A stretch of 63,619 nt of DNA, counting the filler, from Basidiobolus ranarum (Eukaryota), in the NCBI GenBank assembly GCA_040143965.1. It is 10 parts of 10 records of this genome, joined end to end, with 100 filler letters (N's around TTAATTAATTAA, not from the genome) between each part and the next. Parts side by side here need not be neighbours in the genome. Positions count along the whole stretch, not along the records: positions 38,265 to 44,532 come from JASJQH010001359.1; positions 44,633 to 50,897 come from JASJQH010001360.1; positions 50,998 to 57,258 come from JASJQH010001361.1; 7 more parts are not named here. The stretch is one strand, 5' to 3'. Made by a program: the position numbers and the translations under genes. The notes below the pieces were generated by a model. It was not told the DNA's origin and made no database searches. It saw only the letters and a program-made list of their open reading frames with translations. Shown here in pieces: positions 41,625 through 54,695 of this stretch. Within the stretch, counting starts at the first letter, position 1; the number at the start of each line of letters is the position of its first letter.

Positions 41625-42514
41625 TTAGAGAACCAAAGACATCTTCCAACCAGCCATGAAGGCAATCACGAAGCCTGTAACGAAAGTTGAAAGCGACATG
41701 ATACACATACCGACTTTATCAGACATGCCATCAAAGATCAATTGAGTGTCAGAGTTGAGACGCGAGTTGAGAGACTCTGACTTTTTGCCTATATCATGCC
41801 ATGCAATGTCCTGGCGCATGCTTGCGTGTAGATATTTCTCACGGATACGCTTAGTCTGATTTTCGGTAGATAATGTAAAAAAGCACATTTGACCATACGC
41901 AGCAATAAGTATAATGGCACCAATGATGGTGAACTTGATGACAATTTCACGCAAAGCAGCGACTTGCTCTTTAACCGTATCGGGGTTGAATTCTCCTTGG
42001 ATGCTGTTAATAACATCACCCATCAATCGTGCAACAAAGGGCTGGCCCACACCGCATGCAATAGCACAGATGGTGCCTAAAGCAATGACTTGTTCTTTAA
42101 CCTTATCGGGGTTGACTTCTCCTGTGAGGCCGTTAATAACATTGCCCATCAATTGGCCAACCAAGGGCTGGCCCACACCGCATGCAATAGCACAGATGGT
42201 GCCCAAACTGATGGAGAGAATATTTGTCAGACGATTAGGCTTTCATTAAGATATGTCATTGATATAGGAAAGGACACTTACATGATACAAGTGGCATCCC
42301 AGGAGTTGGCAAAGCGGTATAGTTTGAAGTAGCTGACTTTGGGGCCTATCTCTTTTGGATCTTTCTTTTTCTTGCCCTTTTTTGTATCTTGCTTTTTATC
42401 GTTATCAATCTCGTCAATACTGAGGCTCAGTGCTTTTTCGTTGTTCACGGAAATGGCAACAATATCCGGGTTGTTATGATTGGACACACCCTCGATAAAC
42501 TCTTCGTTGGACAT
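41625..42514 (-). pseudogene. Truncated ABCB paralog with an internal 126-bp duplication
   Basis: Same first intron as the 38875 gene. The 42-aa block GTICAIACGVGQP..KEQVxAL occurs twice. Ends at GWKMSLVL*. Confidence 0.85.
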
Positions 42515-44404
42515 AGTTGATTGGAATGTCAGTTACTGATTTATTGTGAATGCCTGCAGTTAAATGCGTCACAAGTTAATACTGAACTAAGTATCAAGAA
42601 AAAACGGGGTGATGAATAGCAAAATATAGAACGCCCAAAGATAACTGAAAGTAACCTTTAATGATTTGAGCAGGAACGACGAGTGTAGACTATCAAAGAA
42701 GGTTGTTGACAATGAATAAGTGGGCAACGAAAGGATTGTTTGATTTGTAGTAATGGTTTGTTGCGTAAACTCTTACGCTGTTTTAAGGTTTGGAACCTCC
42801 ATTTTGAGAAGTTTCGTATGATTTCTGTTCTACTGAGAGATCCGCAGTGCATGGAAGTATAATGTTGTGGGGTTCGAAACATGCTGGGCTAAAACCACTA
42901 CCATATATGAATGCTTTCATATTATGGCCAGTTTTTGCGATGCTGATTGTACTTGGAAAATATATATCTGCCGGCTTTATATTTCCGCAGTTAAGGCCAA
43001 ATCGATATTCTTAACTACAATATGAATCTTACCAACCTCAAAGTGCTCCAATCTTGATAGGAATTGGGCAAGGTCGAAAAGCTATCTCGTTGCATATTGT
43101 CTCATTGATCAAGTAAAAGTTATTGACCATCAGCGGGTCACTTGCAGATGTGTGTATATGCACGCGTATATATAAGCATGTAAATACAAATAGAACATGT
43201 CAATACCAACATCTAGCGCTGATGGTATTTACCACATTTTTTGCCTAAACGAATAATCAGAATCTAGCTAAAACACATGTTCGGATCAAACATGGTCAAT
43301 TCACGTAGACAAAAGGATTGGGCAAGATTTTCTATTGAGTGCATATCGGCTATAACCTCTTTAACATCCACATGGCCATCTTTTTAAATACACAAAGAGG
43401 TATCAAATAAAGCTGAATGATGAATCAAACGCAACAAGTTAGCATATGTACTAATGGAATATTACCATAGCCTACTAACTTGCTGAATGAAGACGGCGAT
43501 TAAAGAGCCAGTCAAGATGGTGACCAAAGTTATGAAAGATGTATCGTTAATGAAAGAAAGTGCTCACGTCATCAATATAAAACAGGTGTTAAGTTGGGGC
43601 GGATATATCGACTGCACTATTGCCAGCTGTTACCGTGGTGGGTCCTCGAATTGGCGATAGCAAATTGCAGACCAAATGTGACAGGTATATCCCAAGTTAT
43701 ATAGCTCTGTAAGAGAAGATACCTCGACTTTTACGGTCGTAATAGTGTTTTACGTTCAAAAGTACTACTTCGATGATCCCAAACATAATGAGTACAATTA
43801 GAGTAAACTTTGATGATTTTAGTCTTCTCAGATCAAACTTCTTGTATTCTTCATCATTCTAATCCTTGTGTATGGTCCAGAACTCATCTAGATTTTTTAA
43901 TGCCTAGCCTTCTGTATAGGCTGTTTGCTATTCCTTCCTGTCTTCATTCTATCTTGATTTTAGAATCTCCTCACAGTATCCCCACTAATTGTACTTGTCA
44001 AGATACAGCTAATCAACTGTGTGCCTTCAGTAGCTATCTTTACATAATTATATTTTAAATTTAACATGCTTGGATCAAGCGTCCTAGCTTCATTCCACAT
44101 AATGGGTGCAAAGACCAGACGTTTGGAAATTTGCACTATATAAAATATATGCACATAAAACTGATTCTTTGCCATCACTATATGTGAATACTATTAGCAT
44201 ATGGACATGCATATTCAAAGTTAGTAATATCCTTGTCATGTTTAAGTTCTATACGGGAAAATTTATGTATTTTTAAATATGTTCAAATTCATGTTAATAT
44301 TAGTCCTGAAAATAAGATAGCAATGTATTTATGTTAATCTTGCGAAATATTCTTTCAAATCATTATTCTAGCTTTCCTTGACTAATAATTTTGCATAGTA
44401 TTCT

Positions 44405-44532
44405 TTACAAGTTCTGTTTCTGGCAGAGTTCGGCGTAGACACCACCCAATGTAACCAACTCATAATGCTTTCCAGACTCGACAATGTTGCCACCCTTGAC
44501 TACTAGGATAAGATCAGCATCCTGAATAGTGC
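44405..44532 (-). CDS. 3' end of another ABCB transporter
   Basis: TIQDADLILVVKGGNIVESGKHYELVTLGGVYAELCQKQNL*. Confidence 0.9.
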
Positions 44533-44632
44533 NNNNNNNNNNNNNNNNNNNNNNNNNNNNNNNNNNNNNNNNNNNNTTAATTAATTAANNNNNNNNNNNN
44601 NNNNNNNNNNNNNNNNNNNNNNNNNNNNNNNN

Positions 44633-44755
44633 TGGGGATGTATAACTAGCAGCTATGTGAGCATTACCAGGAAATGAGTAAGCTTGAGCCGTTTGGTCGG
44701 AAGAACCCGAAATTAGAGACGTAAGCGGTGGAAGCTTAATATGAGTAGAGTACAT
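44633..44755 (-). CDS. N-terminus of an unknown protein (possibly a transcription factor), cut by the linker
   Basis: MYSTHIKLPPLTSL... TATAAA upstream at ~44885-44890 on the minus strand, and a long gene-free upstream region. Confidence 0.45.
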
Positions 44756-47700
44756 TGTATTCAATGGATTTTGGATGAACCACACGTTGTAATCAACTGG
44801 AAATCAAATAATTAGCAATTAGGTGAGGATAAAATAATGAAAAGTGGGTCAATGGATTCCTCGCATTGAAGGATCCGTGAATCATTTATAGCTTTTTGTC
44901 CAAAGGGTGATATTGGCGCAAAATGGCGCGATTTCGTCGCTGGCCATTCATTGGCTATGATGCCATATATGTGACACCGACCCAACGAAATCTTACCAAA
45001 TGTAGATGATCCAACTTATGCAATCGAGATCAAAAATCTGAGTGGCTGCCAATGTGAGATATCAGCTCTCGGCGATAGGGTTCAGAATGTTATGTTAGGT
45101 AGGCTCAGTTGCTCGTTCCCAGTTAGAAGAGTACTATGGCACTGATATATCGGCCAATCGGTCATGCCAGTTGCATTCAGAAAAGCCCTTTGATTAAGCC
45201 GATAATCAAGGGGATTAGTATGCACCCGCAAAGCTCGTCAAAAGATATCATAATCACTCAAAATAGAGCCATCGTAGCAATGTAGCTCGTGCAAATATCA
45301 ATGTTTCACCTTGAGGTGATTAGTAATGGTGATTCTGACCTGTGGCCTTTTTTAATGGATCTAAGCTCCTTATTACACCATCTGTATGGTGCCTTTGTAT
45401 AGTATGCAAGAGAGGGACGTCACGCACTTAATTGATAGTTACTCCGTACTGACGCTTTTGCAAGAGAAATTGCGCAATCGTCATCTGGGCGCTCATTGGC
45501 TGCTCTGGTCCATTGTACTACGGAAATCCTATCCCTAGCTCGTCATTGAAATGACCAATTTCTTGTTACTATTTCGATGCCTTCATAGGCTAGCCTCTAC
45601 TGTGATGACGACTTAACAAGGTATCTTTTAGGTTATGATCTTCCATGAACAACTTATCCAAATGCCGCCAAACCATACCTTCGGATCAGATCGGAGAGCG
45701 TACTAGCACGTGTCATTGTTGGTATTGCAACTAAATCACCGTGTAGGTTAACCCGAAGTTAATCAAGATTGAGGCAAGGTCAGAAGATCCAGTGTCCAAC
45801 ATGGATGCAATTGGTGGGCTTAAGATCAGAGAATTTCCCCAGGTCATGCTAGGTTGAGATGGATTCAGTACTATTGGATTGATTAAAATACAATCGATGA
45901 ACACAAGTTTACTGCCAACATGCTGATGTATCAGAGATAGGCGATGGCAAGTAGTCACGCATAGCTTCTTGGTACCTACTGGGCCAGATTGAACTTGATC
46001 AAAGAGAGGCTTCGATATAGGTCTGACAGGAGACGTATGAACGTGATCTTATCAATATGAGCATGGTGGTAAGGCTGCACTTCATAGAAGAAACAACAGA
46101 TATGCTGGTAGCCAAGCGAAGGGGTCCACCGTGGTTGTTTACTATGGTTGTTGATACATACGTAAAGCAGGGGCTCCACATTGTACATCCAGGAAATGCA
46201 CTGGGAAAACGAGCTGACCCATTCACGCAAATCAGACAGTCCACCATCGCAAACAACAATCAATGCTTTAACAGCGTCGTATGACTCAGCCAAGGAAGGT
46301 TGACTACATGCGCAGGAACAATTAGAAGCGGATGAATAGGCTAATCACTAAACCAAAACCTGGAACGATCTAAGCACTCAGATGTGTACTATGGCCAATC
46401 AGATGAATTGCAGGATCAATGTTCCTGGCGTTCTTTCTAATGAATAGAGTGGGATTTGAGGTGTTTTGTTTTGGACCATACAATTCGGAATTTACTTCGA
46501 TTTTCTGCGCTAGTGGGTTCAATTCTGGTCCTTTATTTACTCTTTTTATCATTGGTCGCTCTATTTTGAATTCTTTTTTCATCCACTCATGATTCAGCCA
46601 TTTCTTATGTCGCACGCCACCATCTGGACACGTTGTCACTGCTTTTTCTGCACTGTGGTTCTTAAATATCCGTAGTTGTCACCTACCTACTTCATACTCA
46701 CTTCTTTAATTCACTGCTTACTGGATTAGGGTTGGGAAATCTCTCGACTTATAGCTCCTTTAACAATATCACCTCCATTTGCTCGTGCCTAAAACCCACT
46801 CACTCTTTGGCGTACCAGATCCAAACCAAGCGTTCTTAGTACCTAAATTATGGTTTGTATCATGATCCCAGAGCGGTTTTCTACCCGCGTTTTACATCTC
46901 AATTGCCGCCATTGTCAAACTATATTTACCGAACGTGGCATGAAGGTAAGCGGTGTTATCCTTGAATTATCGCATCCACCCTAATCTCACACTAGGTTAC
47001 AAAGGCCAAACTTGTGGCTCAGCCAGGGACATTTCGATACTCTACGGATGTTCGGCCCTACAACTGTGCTCTAATCGAACCCGCTTGTAGTGAGAATGCT
47101 TCCAATATATTAAATAAGACATGTGCCTGCTTTGCTCAAGAAGTTGGCTGTTTAGGATGGTAAGTAAAGAGTTTCCTCATTTTGTATTTATTCAATAACC
47201 TGACTCTTTGAAATCCCAGTGGGACTATCGTGGGGTATTTCATCGTTCACCCGTGTTCTACCTGTAATACACGAAGTACCAATGGGCATCTGTGGGTGTT
47301 TTACCTGGATAATATCGAGGAAATATTCCGTTTAAAAGCCAATGGTAACTATAAATTATGTGGTTACGTTCTTATTCAATCGAAGCAGAGAATTCACCTT
47401 GCTATTTTGTTTCAAGGTAGAGACTACATTCATTGGGATCAGTTGGATGATGAAGTGAATTGTAAAAATCAATGTTTAGACTCGGATATGGTCATACGTT
47501 AGTCATAGCATCCACATTTGAATAGAGAATAGATCGTTATTAACCCCTCCCTATGGTTGCTTTACCAAGTTCCATTGCGGAATTGACAACATTCGTATCC
47601 ACCTTCTTCCACATCATCCAAGTGTATTGTTCTAGCTCATTTTCCGATTTTGAGTACATGAAGTTCCTTTATCTATCCGGCCAACAACTGAATCCAACTG

Positions 47701-49249
47701 CTGTCCTCCATTTACTCTTAGACAATTCTAAGCGAATTACCCACCTACATACATCAAACTAAATGTAACATAAGAATTCATAACCACCTCTTTTAACAAT
47801 GCGCCGAGTTCATCCGCTACGCAACTATAGAAATTGGCTAATCCCAAAGTGGATAAAGGTGTAGTGTCTGATGAAGTACAATTCAGATTGTATCTCTGAT
47901 TATGTGTGAACAATCACTGCTTAGTTTAGTGTTCAACATTTTAGACGACGGATTCTTGAAGCTACATAGTATCCCTTGCACACATTGAATGCGTTGAACT
48001 ACTATTGACCATACGAGTTCGAAGCGATTATATATGTCAGTACATAGTGCTCTTAAACTGCTGTTGCCTCTACCCCTATACTATTATCTAGATATGCAAA
48101 ATATCAAGATGGTGCAGGATTTCCAGGGGCGTTCTGTACCGAAGAGAGGATAGTTTTAAATAACAACAAGCGTTAAAGGGATCAATGTTGAATCCTTTCA
48201 TGATATAACAACCATAAACAAAATCATCTTTATATATTGCCTCTTTAACACTGTCACCACATTTTTTAGTGATTTTATCATCATTGGCTCAGTCGCAGCC
48301 TCCACAGTTCAATCTTATACCATTGACTACTGTCAACGACAACATTAAAGAGAGTACACTAATAATAGACCTAGATATAATATAGTCACTATCTAGACCG
48401 TATCCAGTTAGAATTCTAGTTAACTTAGGAACATGTACCCTAATGACATCAGGATCTAGAAATTGTTTCTGGTTATTAAGATGTCAATCTCTTCAGTAAG
48501 AGTGAATTTATCAATACCCCCCTGGCAGGTTAATTGTCTGCTATCATCACCTTCAACTTAAAACCAGCAGCAACCGCTCATTCGACTATAATATCCAAGA
48601 TTGTTGAATGGTTGAAATTCCACAAATCAGTATGCGCCTTCAAAAGTGTTCAGATACCTGAAGTTGAATAGCAAATTGATATAAATATTTGTCAATGCAG
48701 AGATTAGTGAATCTAATACCTTACCCAATACCTAAGCTATATCCAGTTGCATGTGCGCTGGCAATAATTGCATATGGAAATAAGCCATTAAACGGGATAT
48801 ATCTGCAGTAGTTTTATCGACAGGAGACTTTTGTATCATGCATTGAATGAGTTGGCTGCGGAGACTTTCAATCACTGAATTATACTTTCATTTCACTAAA
48901 ATTACCGTCCAATTGGTATTAACTAACTACACAGATGTTAACCAGTGGCACGTGACGCAACTATGAGAATATGGCTCTACATGGTAAAGATGTCTAATCA
49001 CTTAAACCGAGCGCTACACCTACTATACTTTGAGAGAAACATGTAGGTAATGCAAATATGTGTCCTCAGTGTAAAACTCTGACCAAGAGTGAAATGTGGC
49101 CAGTATAGATTCTGTTGTCATATTATTTGAATTACAAACCGTATTATAGAGTGATATTGAGGTATTAGCACTAGATGTACCCTTTAAATACCAACAAGTA
49201 AGATCCTGTTCTTCTTATCTGATAGTTACACTGTAACTTTGGCTATGCT

Positions 49250-49423
49250 TGTTAAAGTATATCGGGAGTTTGTTGGAAGTGGCTTGGAAAACAAGAATTG
49301 GTGGTGTTGACTTATTGATTTATTGAGTTGAAAGTGATATTTTGGTTTTGACAAGATGTAAGCCAACAAATGTATAGAATGAGCCAAGGAAGGTCTCAGG
49401 TGACTGTATGCAAAGTTGGGGGC
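49250..49423 (-). mobile_element. Partial copia LTR
   Basis: Aligns to 6848-7027. Confidence 0.75.
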
Positions 49424-49705
49424 ATCTAACATAAGTAAAAATTTGTTAAAATACTTGTAGAAGTAATAATACAGTGTCAGCAGATATTGTCAGGGCTGAA
49501 ATATACACAGCAACCTCTTTTACATAGCTATGGCTGCATATGGTGGAAGTCAAAACTTTCCTAATATTAGATGTTAAGCTATTCTCCAAACCAAGCTTGA
49601 TATTACGTAGCATTAGGCAGGCCTCCAGGGTAACTCCTATCTTTCAGATATACAGCTTTAGCAACATATTTTGCCCAAAATCTATGAGAGAAATTTTATA
49701 CACTG

Positions 49706-50160
49706 TGTTGAAATTAAAATTGTCGAAGAACAATAGTCACATATAGCTTAGTATTTGGTTTTCCTATATTTGACTATCACCCAATATTCTCATTTGGAAT
49801 TTATTTCGAATATTTCTTCTGACTTGAAGGTTCATAGATGTATAGACTTTTTAAGCTTGTATTTGAAGCCTCAAAACTTGCACACATATCCCTGTGACCC
49901 TCCTTGATGCCCTTTATATGTTACTTTGCTTACATCTTGATAAATATATATGTATGAGCGTTCTACTCAATATATCAATAAGTGAAGAGCATATATTTCT
50001 CTGATTCTCATGCCACTTCCAACAGCCTGTTAAATACTTCAGCAAATTATGAGCCCCAAGTTTGCACTCTTGGTAATGTCAACTTCCTGTTTTTCTACCA
50101 CTTTTCCCTCTTCTCAAAAATTAGAGAGAACCAAATATCAAGTTTATATTTTAAAACCAA
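49706..50160 (+). mobile_element. Copia 5' LTR (49706-50044) plus PBS and gag remnant
   Basis: TGTTGAAA...ACTTCAGCA, then AATTATGAGCCCC (degenerate GGTTATGRGCCC PBS) and an ATGTCAACT.. gag-like start. Confidence 0.75.
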
Positions 50161-50362
50161 GCAGCTGCTGCAAGAAAAAAGACTTTGCAAGATTGTTATA
50201 AGAGAAAAAAAGCAATGATAACTATCCAAAACCAAGTTCCATCAAAGTATTCAAAGCCTCTTTGAAGAGGCTGTTCACTTGTGGATTTATTAAGTTGAAT
50301 ATTAATACTTATACTTTTGAAAGGATGCAAGTAAACTGACATTAAGAATGTGCAAAGCAAGA

Positions 50363-50559
50363 TACCAGGAACATGTGTGCCAAGTTTGGGGCTTGTAGCA
50401 CAAGCTTGAAAAATCTATATATTTGATAATTAAGTTGGCAACAATATTCTGAGTAAATTCCAATTAAGATTAATGGGTAATATCTTAGTGAGGTATCAAT
50501 AGACTAAATACTAGGCTATATTTGACTATATGGATGTTAAAGCAATGCTGATTTCAATA
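50363..50559 (-). mobile_element. Partial copia LTR
   Basis: Aligns to 7000-7167 and ends ATTTCAATA. Confidence 0.75.
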
Positions 50560-50997
50560 CTCTCTCTCAACTAAATATTCATACAAAGCAATCCCAAGTA
50601 AGGTCTAAATTTCTGTATAGATAATGGTTTGTTTCTGTTGGAGAATATTGACATAATGGGGGTAGACTTTGGGTATCAGAAGCAACCTACAATAGTGTTT
50701 TTAGTTACTTTATTCTTAAGAGTATATGGTGACTTATATAGTAGAAAAGTGAATCAATTGTTTGAGATATTCAGAAGTTTGTGCAATAAGATATAATAGA
50801 TCAGTGGGGGTATTAAGACATACTTGTTATATAGTTATAGAGATATTCCTATTTAGAATATAGGGGCTATAAATATGTTGCTTTCTGTTTCTGATATNNN
50901 NNNNNNNNNNNNNNNNNNNNNNNNNNNNNNNNNNNNNNNNNTTAATTAATTAANNNNNNNNNNNNNNNNNNNNNNNNNNNNNNNNNNNNNNNNNNNN

Positions 50998-51213
50998 CTC
51001 TTTTCTTGTAAGCTTCCAATAAAGAAGGGTCAGAAGGTTCCTTTTCATCTCCAGAGACTACATCCCAAAGCTCCCTGTCTTCCAGCATGATTTGCATCTT
51101 GAACTTCCAGAAATTGTAATTTTCTCCATCAAGCTTTTCAACACTTGAGTTAATAAAAGTGGTAGTAGTGGTTTCTGTCATGCTGTAAAGGTTAGAACAT
51201 GGGGCTCATAACC
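50998..51213 (-). mobile_element. Ty1/copia PBS and gag N-terminus
   Basis: PBS GGTTATGAGCCCC at 51213-51201. ATG at 51181 gives VEKLDGENYNFWKFKMQIMLEDRELWDVVSG. Confidence 0.92.
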
Positions 51214-51215
51214 TA

Positions 51216-52736
51216 TTGGGACAGTCTCACATTGCCTTTCTCAAAGGTGCTACGGAGAGAGTTGTAGAGTGTTGTACACGTGTTCGAATTGGAGACAGAG
51301 AGGTCACTATTGAAAAGAAGGAAGAACTTTTGCAAATGGTTGGTAGTAAGGTGGATTTATTAGCATCCAATGGACTTCGCGTACTGTCTCTTGCTTATCG
51401 TTATATCGACCCTCAACTTTCGGAAACTCATCCTGATTATTGGGAACGGGAACAGGTTGATAAAAACATGGTTTTCTTGGGGTTGGTCGGAATCTATGAC
51501 CCACCCCGCGCGGAGTCTAAAGATGCGGTGCGTGAATGCTACAAGGCTGGCATTCGTGTACACATGTTAACTGGTGACCATCCCGCTACTGCCACTGCCA
51601 TTGCTAGAGAAGTTGCTATCTTACCTGCCGATTATCATTCTAACAAAGAAGGCCCTAAACTTGTTATGACCGCTCACGAGTTTGACTCCCTTACCAGCGA
51701 AGAGATAGATGCTCTCCCCCAATTGCCCCATGTAATTGCTCGTTGCAGCCCCGATACCAAAGTAAAAATGATTGAAGCTTTACATAGACGTAAAAAGGTC
51801 GCAGCAATGACTGGTGATGGTGTCAACGATTCTCCTAGTTTGAAGATAGCCAATATTGGTATCGCTATGGGCATGGGTGGCTCTGACGTAGCCAAGAATG
51901 CATCTGATATTGTGCTTACCGACGACAACTTCTCCACTATTGTTTGTGCTGTTGAGGAAGGTCGACGAATCTTTGCCAATATTCAAAAATTTGTCTTGCA
52001 TCTGATGTCTACCAATGTGTCTGAAATCATTGCTCTGATAATTGGTCTTGCTTTTATTGATGTTGATGGTAAATCTGTCAACCCCATGTCTCCAGTACAA
52101 ATTTTATTCTTAAATATGGTTACGAGCTCTCCACCAGCTATGTCCCTAGGCCTTGAGCCTGCCAACCCGTTAACTATGCGAGTTCCACCAAGACTTGCTA
52201 AACGTGGCCTATTCACCCATGAAGCTATCGCCGATATTGTGCTATATGGTACAGTTATGGGCTTAATTGCTCTCGGAAACTTCGTTTTGGTTGTTTATGC
52301 TTTCGGCAATGGATCACTAGGTACTGAATGCAGTCGTACTTATTCCGACAGCTGCGATGAAGTCTTCAGAGCTCGTGGAACTCTCTTTACAACCTTGACG
52401 CTACTTTTCCTTATCCACGCGTATAATTGCCGTAGTCTGCGCCAGCCCCAGTGGCTTCCAAAGAGCTTGCCAAGCTTATTTGAGAACAAAGCACTCGTTG
52501 GCAGTTTCACCTTTGGCACTATCTTTATTTTCCCTATATTGTATATTCCCTACCTTAATACCGAAATCTTCAAGCACAAGCCTCTTACCTGGGAATGGGC
52601 TATTGTCGCGGTCTCCGTTATAGTATTCATTGTATTCTCAGAGCTTTACAAATTCCTCAAAAGAAGTATCCTCAAAAATCGGGTGATCGTTATGGACGAA
52701 AATGACGATAAAGAAGAGGAAACTAACGAAGCATAA
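51216..52736 (+). CDS. ENA1: Type IID P-type Na+/K+ efflux ATPase (ENA), C-terminal half
   Basis: KGATE, GIYDPPR, MLTGDH, TGDGVNDSPSLK and VFRARG motifs. The N-terminal half is absent. Confidence 0.92.
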   Translation: MGQSHIAFLKGATERVVECCTRVRIGDREVTIEKKEELLQMVGSKVDLLASNGLRVLSLAYRYIDPQLSETHPDYWEREQVDKNMVFLGLVGIYDPPRAESKDAVRECYKAGIRVHMLTGDHPATATAIAREVAILPADYHSNKEGPKLVMTAHEFDSLTSEEIDALPQLPHVIARCSPDTKVKMIEALHRRKKVAAMTGDGVNDSPSLKIANIGIAMGMGGSDVAKNASDIVLTDDNFSTIVCAVEEGRRIFANIQKFVLHLMSTNVSEIIALIIGLAFIDVDGKSVNPMSPVQILFLNMVTSSPPAMSLGLEPANPLTMRVPPRLAKRGLFTHEAIADIVLYGTVMGLIALGNFVLVVYAFGNGSLGTECSRTYSDSCDEVFRARGTLFTTLTLLFLIHAYNCRSLRQPQWLPKSLPSLFENKALVGSFTFGTIFIFPILYIPYLNTEIFKHKPLTWEWAIVAVSVIVFIVFSELYKFLKRSILKNRVIVMDENDDKEEETNEA

Positions 52737-53342
52737 ATTCATAGCTATTGAGAACTTCTCGTTATTTTGTGATCCCCATATATTTGAACTGATTATTTAT
52801 TCGTTATATATATCTTTCTTGACATTGATGTTGATAGTTTGTTGTATCCTTTATACCTCAGTTTCACTAAGTTTTATCGTGAATCATCAAGTATTATATA
52901 TAATAAATTCGTGGCCATTTGAAAAGCATCCTGCTAGTAGCAATGACTTGTCATATATTACTTCTCATAATAGACGGTGACCACGTGCTCAATAGCTCGG
53001 GCAATAACAATCTAGCTTCGATGATAAGAGGATGCACTCACGAAAGCTATCCAAACCGATATTAGCTTTCCTATCAGTAACTCGAACATTTCCCGGGTTT
53101 ATCTCAGACAAGAAAGAGTAACCAATGAAGAATGATTTAGTGTATGGTAACTTTCTAACTGAAATAAAGTAACAACATGGTTAACTTCATATTTTCATTC
53201 GTGAAGCTATTTCATTAATCTCCTTGATAATCTGGAACACTTGGATTAGGCATAAGTGGAGTGATATAGAATATAATGTTATCGGACATGTGGTATTACA
53301 TAATAGGAAATCCAATGCTTAAGTTAGATACTGGTTTAGGTA

Positions 53343-53372
53343 CCCTAACCCTAACCCTAACCCTAATCCTAG
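53343..53372. repeat. Short interstitial telomere-like tract (CCCTAA)4
   Basis: CCCTAACCCTAACCCTAACCCTAATCCTAG. Confidence 0.85.
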
Positions 53373-54695
53373 TTACAGGAAATTAGTATGCATTGACATA
53401 CAAACAGTGATATGGATACGCTAAATGCACAACTTTGATCTCTAACGCATCTGAAAGACTCAGCCATTGTACCACTCGCTCGGTCAGCATGTTTTCTTAT
53501 CAATAGCGTGTAGTTTTCTTCGCTACTGGACGGTATCTGTATAGCCAATACTCATGTGAAAGATGAAAGGATATGTAGGTGTATTACAATACGTTGTGAG
53601 TAATGGTTACAGTCGTCCATAGATAGCATACTTGTAGGTTGAGAAGGAATAATTAATTTAGAAACGGTTACATCTACAAGATCGGAGTATGGTAACCATC
53701 ATCGTTATGTGAAGCATCATCCTCGATTTTCGTCTGTCAGTTAGTTACAATACTGGGCTTGAATTGAGCATATATGTAGTAATCGATGACGAGATTTAAT
53801 CTACTAAAAAGAATGACTTGTATCACCGCTAACCTTGAATAATGAAAAGCATTAAGTACAAGGCATTTCAATAATATTGATCCTATACAATGCACCTGAA
53901 AATGACGCCACTTCTCAATAGATAAGGATGAATGCCTCGGATAAGTCTACATCACCCAGTAGGTTGACCGAAATGTTGCGCCTTAGTCATAAGAGCCACC
54001 TTATCAAATATGGCAATTCTTCACTGCTTCTCCACATAAACTCACAGCCAAGAAAAATAATGGGATTCTTGGTTTCCTTGTGACTTCAACATATCATGGT
54101 ATAGACAGCATTCACGGCGACGAGCGTAAGGAGATCACTTCAGCTGTATCAAAATCGCCTTACTGCACCTCCCGTGGTAAAAAAAGATGGAATTTTTTGC
54201 CAAATCTAATGCTACAACTATGCTCTAATCAAACTTATCGCCAAATTCGATTGCTGGTCAGACCTTATTTTAATAAAACCTAAACAGATAAATAGAAATG
54301 TTCCCTAATCTTTGATCAGACGATTGTATGTTTATCTGAATGGGAAATCACCCCTTTCTTTTCAAATTATTGGGGGAAGTTAGGATATTGTGTGGATATT
54401 TGCCAATGTGCAGATATAAGCTATGCCAATTTAGGAAATACCAGCGTTCAAATCCTTTACTTCAGATACAACTTTATAGATTACGTAGACAAATCCCACT
54501 TAGGTTTACTCAAATCTTGTGGCTTGAAAATTTATGATATAAATACCAAGCAGTCTTCATCCGGTGGTAGATACGTCTCCAATCTCTTTGATCCTTTCCA
54601 TTTTTTTGCCCCTCCATACGTTTCTTCTATTAGCAAGAAAATATATATAAGTCCCTCCTTCTAGTATAATTATTCCCGAGAAACTTCGCTGAAAG

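Noticed and set aside
45700-47770. Several short ORFs that might be transporter or secreted-protein relics
   Set aside because: No motif could be identified with confidence.
49706-50559. Apparent MITE with long TIRs
   Set aside because: Better explained as two oppositely oriented copia LTRs, one followed by a PBS.
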